From: Convolutriloba macropyga
Lineage: Eukaryota
DNA: 64,000 nt
Direction: 5' to 3'
Assembly: GCF_964194025.1 (NCBI RefSeq)
Contig: NC_134475.1
Coordinates: 44,888,001-44,952,000, forward strand
Shown in pieces: positions 48,700 through 62,076 of this stretch. The position numbers and the translations under genes are program-made. The stretch's first letter is position 1. Every line of letters begins with the position of its first letter. Under the pieces are notes generated by a model that saw only the letters and a list, made by a program, of their open reading frames with translations, was not told the origin of the DNA and ran no database searches.

Positions 48700-48835
48700 T
48701 AAGCGGACGGGGCTTTTTGATTTTGGATGTCTTTGTAAAGGGCTTCCTTACAAGGAATGCAAAGTTGGTTTTTTCATTTGATGGGGCTCTGTGTAATCTT
48801 TCACATTTCTGGCATTTTTTGAACAAATGGGGCAT
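48700..48835 (-). pseudogene. RING-finger remnant (accessory ORF)
   Basis: KCPIC ... LCIPCKE ... K[S]PV[R]; AGC and CGC are each one change from TGC; frameshifted. Confidence 0.5.
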
Positions 48836-50184
48836 TTAATGCTTTGGCTTTTGTTAAACCAATGGTTAGTTAACTTCAATGAAGAGGGAAAAGTTCCCAC
48901 TCTGGAATTTAATATTATTGTGAATACTTCTAGGGGTGGGGTCAAAAAAAATTTTATACTGATGCCATACGGGCAGCCTTGGCAAAACTTTGTCTTTCTA
49001 CGCTGCCCAGAGGCGCATCCTCGGGGAATGTGCTGCACTAACACCGTTGCAACAATCCGTGCAGCTGGGAGACAACCTTTTCTAAACGTTTTTGTTTTCT
49101 GAAAAATGTTTAGCTCAGTTAAAAATTTCTTGTTTAACTTTTATATGTAAACTCTTCTATTTCGTAAAGGATGAAGATTGAACTTGCGACAAAACTTGCT
49201 AAGATAGTTTTTATTTCCTCTTCAAAGAAGATAGAACTGTATGGATCAAAGCGGGTACTAATATAATGGTGAATAAATTAATGGTACATAAATATTAAAA
49301 TAAGGTAGTTTTTATTTCCTAGTTTTTATTAAAGAAGATAAAAACTGTATCGATAAAAGCGAATGCTAATATAATGGTAAATAAAATAGCCAATTGGACA
49401 TAAACGAATGCAGAAGGGATGGATCAATCATCTTTAATGTGGTGTTTCAAAACACTTTTGCTGTTGGAAAATTCGCTAATACAGCATATACAAAAACTGA
49501 GAATAGCATGAGAAGAAAATTATACAATATTAGCAAGGGAGTTTTGGAATTTTCGCAGTCTGCAAGACTCTCAATGAAGCAAAAATGATATTTAGAAAAT
49601 AATATTAACTTTTCTACGTTTTGGGCATATTTGGTATCCCATATCAGTGATGACATGTTTGTAACATAAGAAACACGCAATGTGTGGCTGTTCATCTTCA
49701 CTATTTGCTTGCAATTTTTTTTAGCACGGTTACGAAATTGATGTGGAATTGAAATGTTCCCATTACAGAATTCGTTAATTCTGTCATTTTGATTCGTGAA
49801 TTCGTTTTGAGCGAAAAATGAAGGGTTTGTTACCATATAATTGCTCTTCTTGTTATTTGTTGCGTGTGACTGACGATGAAGAGAAGTAACAGGGTGGAAG
49901 GGAGAGTTGTAGTTACAAGGAAGGAAAATTAAATGCCACTAGACAAAAATAGGGTTATTAAGAGAACTTCTCTTATCAAACTATACAAAGTTTTGGGGGA
50001 GCATAACGAAGATATTACTTTGAATAATAAGAAAAAAAGATAAGGTATTTGAGGGAGAAAACTAACAAAATTTTTAAATTTATGGCAGGTATGTAATTAA
50101 CTGTTATTGAAGGCATCTATAGGAGAAATACTGGAAGGAATATTATGCGAAGTGTGTTGTTACCAAGGATTATTGGGGTCAGTG

Positions 50185-50500
50185 GGTAGGTTGCATAACG
50201 GGCACATAGTTGTATCATAAGTTATAAAACATTAAAAGTAAAAATTAGTAAGATGAGTTGTTCTGAAGTGGCTATGGGCAGAACCTGTTTTTTCTGCTTC
50301 TTGGCAGGATTTGGACTGAAAATTATTGCACTGGGTTTTCGTATAAATAGGGGTTGCACCAATTGGACACTTAGATTTATCCCAATGTTTGAAAAAACGT
50401 TGCGGCAAGGAATGCAAGCGAAGTGAGGGCGCTGCTCTTTGGGATTTTGATGAAATTTTTTGAATGATCTACAGGCAGGTAACAAATGGGGCATTCAACT
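50185..50500 (-). pseudogene. C3HC4 RING-finger remnant plus a further CPLC-ending finger (accessory ORF)
   Basis: ECPIC ... [R]PHFACIPC ... KCPI[G], then ..TMCPLCN. Confidence 0.6.
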
Positions 50501-52509
50501 TTGGGAAAAGGGTCAATTTGTATCTTCTGCAAGGAGGTAAGGAGCTTGTCCATGAGGAGAGTTTTCTTTAAATAGTAAAGTGGCGTTACCAATGGTCTAA
50601 TTTCGTAGGGATTGGTGAAATTAAGTCTATTAATCTGAAGAAGAATTCCAAATGAAGTTGATCTGATTTTATCGTCATACCTTCAAAATTTTGCAGTATC
50701 CAATTTTGTCAAGTTGCAGTATGACAAAATTGGATTTTAATCGATGGTATAAAACTAAAATTTGTTATTGTGATGCTTCTTTCAATTAAATTAGTTTTGA
50801 TTACCTTATTATTGAGATACAGGAACATTTTGCTGAATGCTGATTCTAAATGGGGAAAATTTGAGTTTTGATGAACCTAAAATGATCAAGATAAAAAGGA
50901 AAGGAAAAGAAAAAGGAAATAAAATAAGGATAAAACGAAGAGGAAGTTCTATTTCCAGAAGCGTACTTTGTGCTGATGTTTTTGATTCAGCGATGTCAAA
51001 AAAAATTGAAGTTGACATCTGAGGGATAAATTAAAAAATTGTTTGTTACACCGTTGCTATGGTTGAAAAAGGAATTCTTAAACAAGGTGCTAAATGTCCT
51101 GTTTAATTTTGGACTTGGACTTCTTGGACATCTTGGACTTTTATGACTTTGATCTTTTTAATGTTTAGAAAACAAGGTTTGATAACAATTTAAGACAATT
51201 TAAATTTATAGTAAGGTGGGCAGTTGGACGGGGGATCCAATATTTTTTCCCATTGTTACTTCTGTCGTGTACTCTCTGCCATTTTCTCAATCTGCGAGGT
51301 GTAGGATGGAGCAAGATTTTAGCTCGCCAGTTAAAGTTGCAGTGAAAGATTTTTCCAATGAACTCATTTGAACTAGTCGTTCGTTGAAAAGGAAGAGCAT
51401 TATAGGACATCTAAACCAAACGTATGGGGTAAGTTAGATCTAGTGTGTTAAATAAGTATGTGAAAAAATCCCAATAAGGAGATGCTGGTGACACTGTGAT
51501 GAAGCCGTCAGACCAGATTTCCTAGTCTTCAAAAAATGATTCAAGTAGGGGAGTAACTTCGGATCGTTTTTGGATGTTTTGAACAGTTTTTCAAAAAAAA
51601 ACTGTATTCGTATTATACGATCATTGAGGCAAAAAGATCATACTAAGATTTTAATATTAGAAAAGATAAAAGTATTGTTGTAATATGAAGCTACTGTTTT
51701 GTTGGAATGCCCAGAAAAAAATAATTTCTATAAATTTGGGATTGGTAATTAAGACGGCTAATGTTTTGTTTACAATGCTATTAGGCAGTGTTACGAAGTT
51801 AACTACCATGCACTCCGAAGTGCGTTCTATAGCTAAAAGCAGATGTTTCTGATTCCCTGCCTTTGCAAATATGTTTTTGCCTTTTATGTGAATCTTTGTT
51901 GCGATGATAGGTCTATAGGTGGAGTAATTAAATAGCGCTAAATACGAAAAATATTTTCAATATGGGCACCGAGGAGTGATGGCTATGCTGCGAAATTCCC
52001 AAGTAATCAAAACTCGCAGTCTAAAATCATTAGAAGGGTTATAATGTTTTTGTGCGAAACTTTTTCAATTTGGTATTTGGAGACTATACGGTCTTGAGAC
52101 CAAAAACACAATACACGACTAATACAGTTTTATTATGATGTAGGGTGATGTAGAAAATGAATAAAAGTCAAGCTAATATGGTCCTAATGATAATAATGTC
52201 GTAATTATTTAATTTTTTGGTAGGTCTTGACGTTTTGGAAAATTTTACCATGTAAACAAAGCTGATTGATTCATCAACTAGTGCTCGGAACACTTAAAAT
52301 AATCACAATTTTTGGAGGTACACTACAACCTTTTACATTGTCATAGTGGAATGATCATAGTGCAACTCTTATCGTAAAATTTTTGCCTCCCCATGCAATA
52401 TTTGAAGAAAATAATTGTTCGGTAAATTGTCATATTTGAATAATAAACATTGATTATTTGATAAAATTTTTGTGCATATTCAGTTCTCACGTTTTCGTGT
52501 CTAAAACTG

Positions 52510-54795
52510 ATAAATGAAGTTTTTTTTAAAAAATTTTATGGGGCTAAAACCTGGTTTTCTGTTTCCCAATCTTGTTGCATTTTTGGCTATTTTTTTTCAT
52601 TCTATTTGTTATCTTCGATTTTGGATCATTAGTACAATCTTTCTGTTTTTCATTTGTACGGTAAGTGTGGTTTTGATCCTGTATCGGAAGTTGGAAAATT
52701 GGGGCACTAGGTCTATTTTCGCTTGAAAAGATGGCTGTGGAAATAGATAGAATGTGTAAATTGTACGTTGCTCCTAGCATTTTCTCTAGATTTCGAGAGT
52801 TTTGTTCGAGATGGTATGAAGTTCAAATGCTCCTCTTATTACGACGACTATATCTGCGATGAACATGAAACAAAGAAAGAACGCAAACTTGAATTTGAAT
52901 TTGAATTTGAAGTTAAAAAGTTATTTTACCAAAGTACGCTTGAACCAATTCGAAAAAAAATGTGTTATCAATAAAGAATCAAAGAGGATTTGTCTGTTTA
53001 TTCCGATTGCAGAAGAAAAAGTATTGTTTTTTGTGTGATCAATTTGTCTACCCATTAAAACCTCTCTTGAAATTTTTGTCAAGACTGTTTTTGATTCAAC
53101 TGAACGTAAAATATTGTCCCAGAAGGCTTTTGTTTGATTAGGTTTATAAATACCGGCACTTTGCGATTCCTATACGGTAAATTTGGGAATTGAACCTGCG
53201 AAATTTGTTGCAAATATTCAAGGCGGTTGTTAAGGATCAATTGCTGACAATAAATGGTATCATGAATTATCGCTATCGATATCAAGTTGGTAGGCATTTT
53301 TGTAATCTTCAACACATTTTACTTCGTAAACAGCAAAATAGGTTCTTCGGGTAGTTGGTCGCCAAACATTTTTCCATCATCATAAGGTATAGGAAACCTG
53401 TTATAACACAGATCAAGAACTTTGAGTGGTGAATTTCGTTTTGGTCATTGATAAAGCCAGCCTATGCTACCACGTGTTGAACAATTTTGAAATGCTGCCT
53501 GTTAGCATGAATCCAGCCAAACGATTGCTTTGAGTGGATAACATAAAATTAATTTGTATTTGAGTTTGGTCAAATTCACATTGATTCATGATAACATTTG
53601 TCATGCTTGTTTAATTTGCGAGTAATTTTGATAGAATATGTAGTCTATTTTTACCGCGAGATTAAGATCATAAACCAGTTTATCCTTTATTTCTTGTCTG
53701 CCAATTTGGAAACCATTATAGGCGGCTGAATTCTCTTGATCAGCAGACGGTACTCGTTTTAATGCATTGACAAATAAGCTATAGTCAGGTTCATCAAAAA
53801 GTTTATGAAAAAATTGTTGTATAACTTCACATTAAATCTGCCGGTATGAAAACATATGGAGAATGTAAATTTGTTCTATAAAGAAATTCAAGTTTTCCAC
53901 ACACCTTTTCTTCTTCATCAACTATTCTATATTTGATATTTTTTTCAGCCAGAGAATATTTTCCGGAACCTTCATATGGCGTCTCCAGTTTTTCATCACT
54001 ATGAAACACTGTACGTTGCCAGGATCGTTTTCATGTTATAGCATTTTAGCATTTTATGGAAGCCATTTGGAAACTACACATTTTTCCGATGCCTTCCATT
54101 TATAGGCGAAGCTCGATGTTAAACAACAACCACCTTCTCGAAGAGTACAAGAAAGTTTAGGTCTGTTGTAAATGGTTCTATTTTTTTATCAATGTCTAGA
54201 ACACTTTGCTGCATCAATATTTCAAAAGAGTAGTGTTTTAATTGTTGGCGATAATCACACGGGGTAGGGGAGTCGTTTTCTAATTTTCTTATTCTGTTGT
54301 GGTAGGACAATATGTTTACAGCGTTCAATATCAACCTCTATTTCAACACCGAACTCTGTTGTTTTTTTTCTGTTTTGTTATCTTAAAAACGTTGTTCTGG
54401 AGTAATGGTTAAATCGTAAGTAATTATGGGAGCATTCGGTACAATAGAGGAATGTGACCACATAGCACATTTGTATCTCAAAATCATTGCTTTTGCTCTG
54501 CACATTAGTGCTTTAACGAACGTGCGATAAGCTACTTGATAAAAGTAGCTTGAGTATCTACCATTTGAATGTTATTGGGTGTAATTTCGCAATGTGCTAC
54601 TTCACTTAAGGCATACGTGTTATCTACACCATGTTGAGAACAATTGTAGTGAATAACTCGCAAATTATCAAAACAATTATTCAAATCATCAGAGGGAACA
54701 ATTTTAACTTTAGTATTAGTAATAAAAGTAAAAGTGTATAATTTGGTGACAATGAAAGAAAAACGTTTAATTTGTTATAACAAGGACTTCATCAT
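52510..54795 (-). pseudogene. env: env-like glycoprotein resembling class III fusogens (herpesvirus gB / chuvirus G-like)
   Basis: Hydrophobic N-terminus; HYNCSQ..YALSEVAHC; CRAK..RYKCAMWSHSS..YDLTITPEQ; GWLYQ..LKVLDLCYNRFPI..MFGD; hydrophobic C-terminal segment near 52720-52790. Confidence 0.65.
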
Positions 54796-55449
54796 GTTTT
54801 TGTCAACTAACAGAACCGAAAGAGGTTTCCTAAGATTGATTAGTAATAACTACGTCCAGTTAAAGCTTTGCGGATTTATTCGTACCTAAAACAGAGTTAA
54901 GTAAATCCAGCCTTGTAGCGAGAAGGTGATGATCTAACGGTTTTTTGAGCAGTTAGATGATCTAACACTCGTGTTTTTAATATTTTCTATTTGATTATCT
55001 GGAGGACCTAGTCCTTGTGGATATTGGGGATTTTGGTTAACACTTGGTTGAGGTCGTTTAATTGGACTTAGGTTAGGATAGCATGGCGGTCTAGATAGGA
55101 ATTGATGTATAGAAGTTGATGAACGGGAACAATTCTCACTAATCTTTCCTGTATTTGGGTTAGAGCCACTTGCGCCATTTCCCTTGAAACCTGAAACTTT
55201 TTACTGGTTAGAGTTTTATCTAGATCAACTTCTTTGTCTAGGCTTTGAAGATTTTGTACTAGTTGTTCTACTGGGAGGTACTCTGTATTACACGCATTTG
55301 AAAGGAATTTTTAATTCAAGGGCTGTCTTTTTTTTCGACTTGTCATCAAGTTTTTGTAGAAAATGTCTGAATTACTACCACCGAGGCCATATTCCAATGT
55401 AAATTCTGGAATTGTTTTCTCAGCGGGGTGAAATTCAACTTAATGTTTT

Positions 55450-58400
55450 CGTTATGGTGCCCTCTTCACGGAATTGTCGCTATCTAAAGATGCTTCATAG
55501 TTTACATTTTTAACCTTATTTGTCAATGTGTTGGGTCTTAATTCTTGTAGTTTTTTCGGTTTACTTAACGCAGTATGATAATTTTCCATCAGAAATGTTG
55601 ACGAACCTTTACAGTTCTACCTAATTTAGTTTGTTGCGATTTTTGTGGACTCGGATAGCGTTTTCGAAGTTGTGTTTGCAGGTGTTATCATAAATTTGTT
55701 TTGAGCGGTTTTCTCAATGGACGAGAGAATTGTGAATGGTTGGTTTCAATAATTTGTCTATTTAAACGTTTTTTGATATGTGTAGGTTGTGTCTTTGCAT
55801 TGGAAGATCCTTATAAATTTCCGGATTGCATGTTAATTCAGAATCTCTTAAAACGCCTAGCTTTAGAGAAAGTGGGACTTGATGCTTTTGTCCAAAAACA
55901 ATCTCATATGGAGAAACACCTTTGCTTGAGTTGGGTACAGTATTGTGTGCGAATGCAAACTGTGGAGATATTTCATCCCAGCTGCCTTGGGCCTGATCCA
56001 AAATAAAGTTGCAAGTGTGCACCTAGATGTTTGTTTTGTTCTACAAATTTCTGTTAGTTCATGAGGAGAAAGTTGTTCTTGGAGCGTGAGTTATAACAAG
56101 TTCGTGAATGTAACTCGCAAAGTCTTGATTCATAAAAGCGGAAACTTTATTGTAAACAATTTTTTGTGGAATTCCAAAAGAATAATTTTTTCCAGTGCTT
56201 GAATTGTATCAACAGTGTTTGTTCACCTTCCTGGAAAAAGTTGAATGAAACGGGAGAAAGAATCTACAGATACCAATAATGATGTTTTCCATTGAGTGGA
56301 GTGTTCAAAGGTCCTTTACGATCAATGTGAACATTATGGAATGGAAAGGGTACTGTGTCAGTCCTTTTTTCTAGTTGTGCTTGATGATAACTTTTTCGTT
56401 TATGTTTTTCTTCTCGGACAGTCAGGGCAATCAGCAATTAAGTTGTCAATCCTTTTTTACAAACCGGGCCAGAAGAAAAATCGTTTTATGTTAGCAAGTG
56501 TTTTGTTGAGTCCGACATGTCTTGATAGTTTGCAATGTGCTAACAAGAGAACCTTGGAAGGCAAGGATAGTTGAACAAAAATTTTTAGATATTCGATGTC
56601 TGGGTCATCTGAAGTTTCTTTTATACAAAATTGATTTCACACAAAACGCAGTCTTTCAAAATTGTTGATGTGAGACGTTATTGCTTTTGATTGGCGGTAT
56701 TCGATTTTTTTTGTCATTTTTCTGGTTTTCGGACCTCAATTAACGAATTTGTTGTAATTGTTGTTTAACTGTTCTTGACAAATTATTTTATTATTTAAAT
56801 TAACTTTGTTAGCAAAGTTTTTCAGTTTTTCAATTAGTTCTTTTGCATCGTTTATTTTTGAAGGATAGGGTGAAATTTTGTAATTTCAGTGTCTTTGGCA
56901 AGAAAGATCTTATAAAATCCAATAGAAGAATAACTTCATATCCAGAAAACCCTTGGGTTTCCTCTAGGCAACCTTCAGATTGAGAAGAGACATTTGTTAA
57001 ATAATTCAAAATTGGTTTTAAAATCTAGTAGCTCAATGTCTATTTGTTGCTAATCGTCCACCCGGATTTCAAAATAGTGATCAGAGGTATCAGATTGAAC
57101 CTCATCATTTACTGGGGTTAGGTTACTCTTATTCTGATTGCATTACTGTTTGATGGATGAGCCCTACGCAAAGTTTTCTAATACACTGTTTGTCGAACAA
57201 AGTCTGTTTTGGTTAGGGTCGTATCTCTATCGAATCTTTTTATCATTTTTGTATGTATTTGTCAAATTCTCGTTTTGCACCGTATAAGAATTGGCATGAA
57301 AACATCTGCTGAACCGTTTTCGTTGTCGCGCAGAATGAAGTACTTTCGTTCGTTGCCGTTTTGATCGTAAAAGCTAATGTCTTTCGGTTTTTTTTGTGCT
57401 TTCGTTGGTGTCTGTCAAGATCTTTAATCTTTACATTGCGAGTGAGAATATCTGGGAAGGCTAATTTTTTCCCTCCAGTCCAAAGAATTTTTAAGATTTG
57501 GGATTGTGATAATACTATCTGGTAGCAGAAATAACTGTGCGAGAGATTTCTCCCTCTGCCCTATAAGTACAAAAAATGGGTATGGTCTGCATAGACATAC
57601 ACAGGATGGGGAGAAACAATTAGGTAGTTTTCGCAAGTTTGCAAAACGGATATTACTCCACAAAGCTCACGCGCTGATCTGCTCATTTTTTCTTCCTCCT
57701 TTGTGTAAATTCTGCAGATAAATGACACTATTCGTTTACCTTCTGGGAATTCCTGAACTAGAATTGAGCCTACTCCATTGATAAAGCATCTACAGGCACA
57801 TCAAAGGAGTATTTAGTGTCAGCTATTGCCAAAATTGTGTCGTCTCTAATTCTGCTTTTAATGTCATTAAAAATTTCTTCGTTTTCAGATGTTCAAGCAA
57901 ACTTGGTTTCAGATCGTGTTAATTCGTAGAATGGTTTGCAGTCTACGTGTAAGTTTTTGATATAGCTGCTATAGAATCCCAGGCATCCTAAGACTCTCAT
58001 CACATCACGCTTGATTTTTAGTGATTTTTTTGCTACTTGTCGCTACCATTTTATCTGAAACTCACACTTTTTTATGGGTTGTATTCCATGCATACATACT
58101 AAATGTTCGAGGAATTGTTCCTACCTTAAAAGGAACTTTATTTTCTCAGGTAGTCAGGTGGCGCTTTTGAGCCTAATTTTCTCAGTAGGTATTTGTATTT
58201 ATCAATGATTTCAAATTTTTCTGCTTTTGTTTGCAATTGCATTATTGTATCATCAATATATGTTTTTGTTTGCTTGTTTCTAATGAAAGGTGCCGAGTGA
58301 ATTGTAATTTTGCGACTAAGGAAGTTAGGGAGTTCGCATAAAATATATAATCCCCGTTCAAATGTGTATTGTTTTGGCCCTATTACAAAACTTATAGGTT

Positions 58401-59950
58401 TCTTACTTCCCTCTGTTAGGGGTACTTCTTTGTATGCCGAACAAAGATTACTCGTTCTGGAGAAATTTTTCTTCAGTCTTTTCAACAATGTCCAATAGGT
58501 CCAAGGGGGCATGAATTTGTACTCAAATCTGTCGCTGAATTCTAATATCTAGCGTCTATTACCAATTTATCAGTGTTCCCCTTGTGTAGGACAATAATTA
58601 GACTGAGAAATTCTAATGCCATTTCTTTATCATTAACCACTTCTCGAATGATACCTGATTTGCACAATTGTTCCAATAGATTCTCCAATTCTTCTTGGTA
58701 GTGTATAGGTACCTTAGAGGGTCTTTGTTTTGCAAGAGTTGATTTTGGTAAAAGTTTGAAATGTTTGCTTGATTTTTCCTACGTCATATTTGTGCTGTGA
58801 AAACACGTCTTTTGATTAAGACTTTTATTGACTGCACTAGTTTTTCATTATTGATGTCTGTTTCGCTTAAGTCAATCCTTTTTAGGAAAGTTTGATCATC
58901 TTTGGGGAAACCTTTAATTCGATCGTTGGGTAATTCCGTTTGTCGTATACTTTCGTCAATTTTTTTTTCAAACTGCTACATAAGATCTTTTAAATCATTG
59001 CCAAAATCGTTTTCAAATTCGTAATGATTTGTGAAATCCTGTTGACGTTTCAATTTTTCAGATTTTCAAAGTTTTTCTTTCCTTTTTGTTAGTTCTCTGA
59101 AACCTTGTTCTGATTTCACATTGGGGCATTGTTTTCCACTTTCATGAAAGATCTAATCACAATTTGTATCACTATTCATTAGAGGATTCATGAAGGCTAT
59201 GTTATCAACAACCGGGTTCTTGTTTTATTTCAATGAGACCCGAACACAAAATAAAACAAGAACCCGAACCGAGTTCGGGTTCTTGTTTTATTTCAATGTC
59301 TTCTAAGGTGCAACCAATTGGACCCTTTTCAATGGTAACCTTGCAATTTTGAAGATTGTTTAGCATGATTGGAAGTTCTTTTTCTTGTCTGAAACATTGG
59401 ACATTGTAGGTGTAGATACCATTGACCTGAAGTTTACTTCCTATGACAAACGAAATTCCTTTCCTGAACCGGAAAATTTCACTTGGGGGTCTGAGAGATA
59501 TGACTCTTGATGATTTGGGTGCTAATGGCAACGATTGTTCAAGACTTACAGTTTTAAATACTTTCTTGTATGGATAGCTTTTTGTTTGAATTCGAGAAAG
59601 TAAAACAGAATTTCCGGGTAAGATTTTTAGATCTATTTTTGGGCCAGACACAACGATGTTAATCACAGTATTTTCAATAAAATCTATTCCCACTAGCTTT
59701 GGCTTACATCCATTTTTGCCGATACCCATGCGGTAACATTTAATTTATATTTGCTTCTATATCAAAGGTAGCTTTAATTGTTGTTTGGCCACGAAGTTTT
59801 AATTTTTCACCATTTTTTTCTTCAAGTTTTTGTGTTTTGCAGAGTTCAAGATAAGTGTTGTAAATAATTTTTGAGCTTGAGGGTCCAGTGACTAGCAAAA
59901 GCTGTGTTTCTAAACCATATTTTAATTTGCGTCTCCGATGGATTTGTAAA
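55450..59950 (-). pseudogene. pol: Gypsy pol (protease, reverse transcriptase, RNase H, integrase)
   Basis: LCSAYKEVPL..YTFERG..YIDD (58249-58260); RNase H VDA..GSILVQ; integrase FFWPGL..CPDC, HID.KGPL, FGIPQKI, FAHNT..GVSPYEIVFG. Confidence 0.9.
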
Positions 59951-60029
59951 ATTTAATAAAATTATGTGAACAATGATCTTTAGTAAATGTATTAAAAGTG
60001 TTAATTGACTAACTGACGGAAATTTGGTT

Positions 60030-61299
60030 AGTTTAAATAGATTTCGTTTTTTCTCTCGTCAACGTGGTATCTTCCATGAGTCCCATTAACGAAGTGGACT
60101 CCAGGACTTTTCCCACGACTACTGTCCCTAGAAGTGTATGTTCCACTAGAGCGGCTTGGGGCTCTATAGCGACTATCACGATTGCGATCTCTGTCTCGTG
60201 ATCTATCATTGTACCGTTGTTTACTGTGCGTTTGTTTATCTTGGCTATGGATCTATTACTTTGATAGTTGTTAAGATTATATCTATCTTTATTTTGTCGG
60301 TCTTGTGACCTACTCCGATTATGATAGGTTCTATATTGGTTAGAATGACTTGATGGATGTGGAGACTGACGTCTACTACTTGACGGGAAAGTGTTTTGAT
60401 TGTATCTTGTTTGGTTCTCAATACAAAATTAATGCTACTATTTTGATGGCAACTTTTGTTTCTGTGTTCCTACATAATTGTTTTCGATTGTGGCCAGGAG
60501 ACTGTTTTTAGCTTGTATTTATCAGTAAATTTTTGTCGATTTTAGGGAGATGAACGGTTCTCGTTCTCGAAATCTTTGTATTCAAAGCAATAAGCGATTG
60601 TGTGACCCGAACGTTTGCAGAGTCTACAAACACTAGTTTGTTTTTTTTTAAACCTGGGATTATCTTTCTGATTGTTGTTTGGATAGGTGAATTTGTTTTC
60701 TGATCTTTAAGGAGATTATTCTATTATTTGAGTTGATTTTCTGTTCAATCAATTTCTGATATGTTGACTGTACTGTTGGGAGAAGTGCTAGTGCATTCAC
60801 TGCTCATTGCGTAGCTTAAGTCTTTATTTGCTACATGGTCCTGCAATTGTTGTCTTGTGTCTGGCTTTTCTATTGATAACTGCTGTCCTTTTGTTTAAAA
60901 GGGAGTAAGACCTCTCATGAGGAAATCCATTCATTTCATTATTCGATAGTTAGCATTAAATTCAGAATCCGGCCATGCCTTTTTTATTGCTTTTTGTAAC
61001 CTCTGTATAAAATTTGTAAAAAGTTACCGTTGCCGTTTTATGTTTTCTACTTCGATACGTTTTCTGTTTTTATCCTTAGCTTCAATTAAAACCATTGAGC
61101 CGTAGGTCCTCGTTAAACGGAACCCAACAGGACTCTTTGCCTCATACACCGCTTGAGGGTCTGGATCTGGAGGTTGTTTTCCCAGAGAGAACTTTATTTT
61201 TCTTTGTATTAAATTGAAAAAGTCCTGAGCGTCTTCACATGGATCTAGTCTAGTGGATTTTTCATAGGCAACACCAGGGTATGCAACTACGTTTGCCAT
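60030..61299 (-). pseudogene. gag: Gypsy gag
   Basis: ATG at 61299; CRLCKRSGHTIAYC zinc knuckle (60587-60628); R/S-rich tail. Confidence 0.8.
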
Positions 61300-61876
61300 G
61301 ATAGCAGAGGGTTTTTTTTCTTTTTTAATATGATGTCATTCGAATAAAAAACTTTACGGTAAATTTAAGAAGTTGTATAACAGTTACTGCTTAAATTGAG
61401 TTTTCGTAAAATTGAAATTAGGAATAAACTTAAATTGAAACAGTTTTTGTTTTTCTACAAACTCAATTTGTTTCAGACCGTTCAGTAATTGTATTACGAA
61501 TTCACTCTTTTTTCCGTTGTTTGTGCTAAGAATTTCGATCCAAGAATGGTTATCTGATTATTCAACTGTTTATATCAACAACCAGGGGTATGCACCGTCC
61601 GAATGTTCAATTTCAATACAGTAAAGATGGTAGTTTTGCATTCTGGCAAACTTATTTGTGTTACTTCTCTTTTCTCTAGTACTAATTTAAGCAAATCTGT
61701 TATTTTTTCTGGCTGATCGAAGGATTTATTGTTATACATGGGCATTGTAAATTTAACTTCTTTCAGTGAAATTTGTAACAATTTTCTTTGGCTGTTCATT
61801 AATGTATACAGAACTGGGTATTTCTACTACTGTATTACTTTTTTCTAGAGCATACAAAACTTGACTAAAATTAGAA

Positions 61877-62076
61877 NNNNNNNNNNNNNNNNNNNNNNNN
61901 NNNNNNNNNNNNNNNNNNNNNNNNNNNNNNNNNNNNNNNNNNNNNNNNNNNNNNNNNNNNNNNNNNNNNNNNNNNNNNNNNNNNNNNNNNNNNNNNNNNN
62001 NNNNNNNNNNNNNNNNNNNNNNNNNNNNNNNNNNNNNNNNNNNNNNNNNNNNNNNNNNNNNNNNNNNNNNNNNNNN
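61877..62076. other. Assembly gap (200 N)
   Basis: Run of N. Confidence 1.

Larger units (their letters stand above)
46651..61876 (-). mobile_element. Large decayed Ty3/Gypsy LTR retrotransposon with env-like and accessory ORFs; 5' end lost in the gap
   Basis: Order gag(CCHC)-PR-RT-RH-INT, then env-like, RING ORFs, a purine tract and an LTR-like end. Confidence 0.8.

Noticed and set aside
49201-49389. ~100-bp direct repeat as an LTR or regulatory repeat
   Set aside because: Short, adjacent and diverged; simplest explanation is a local tandem duplication.
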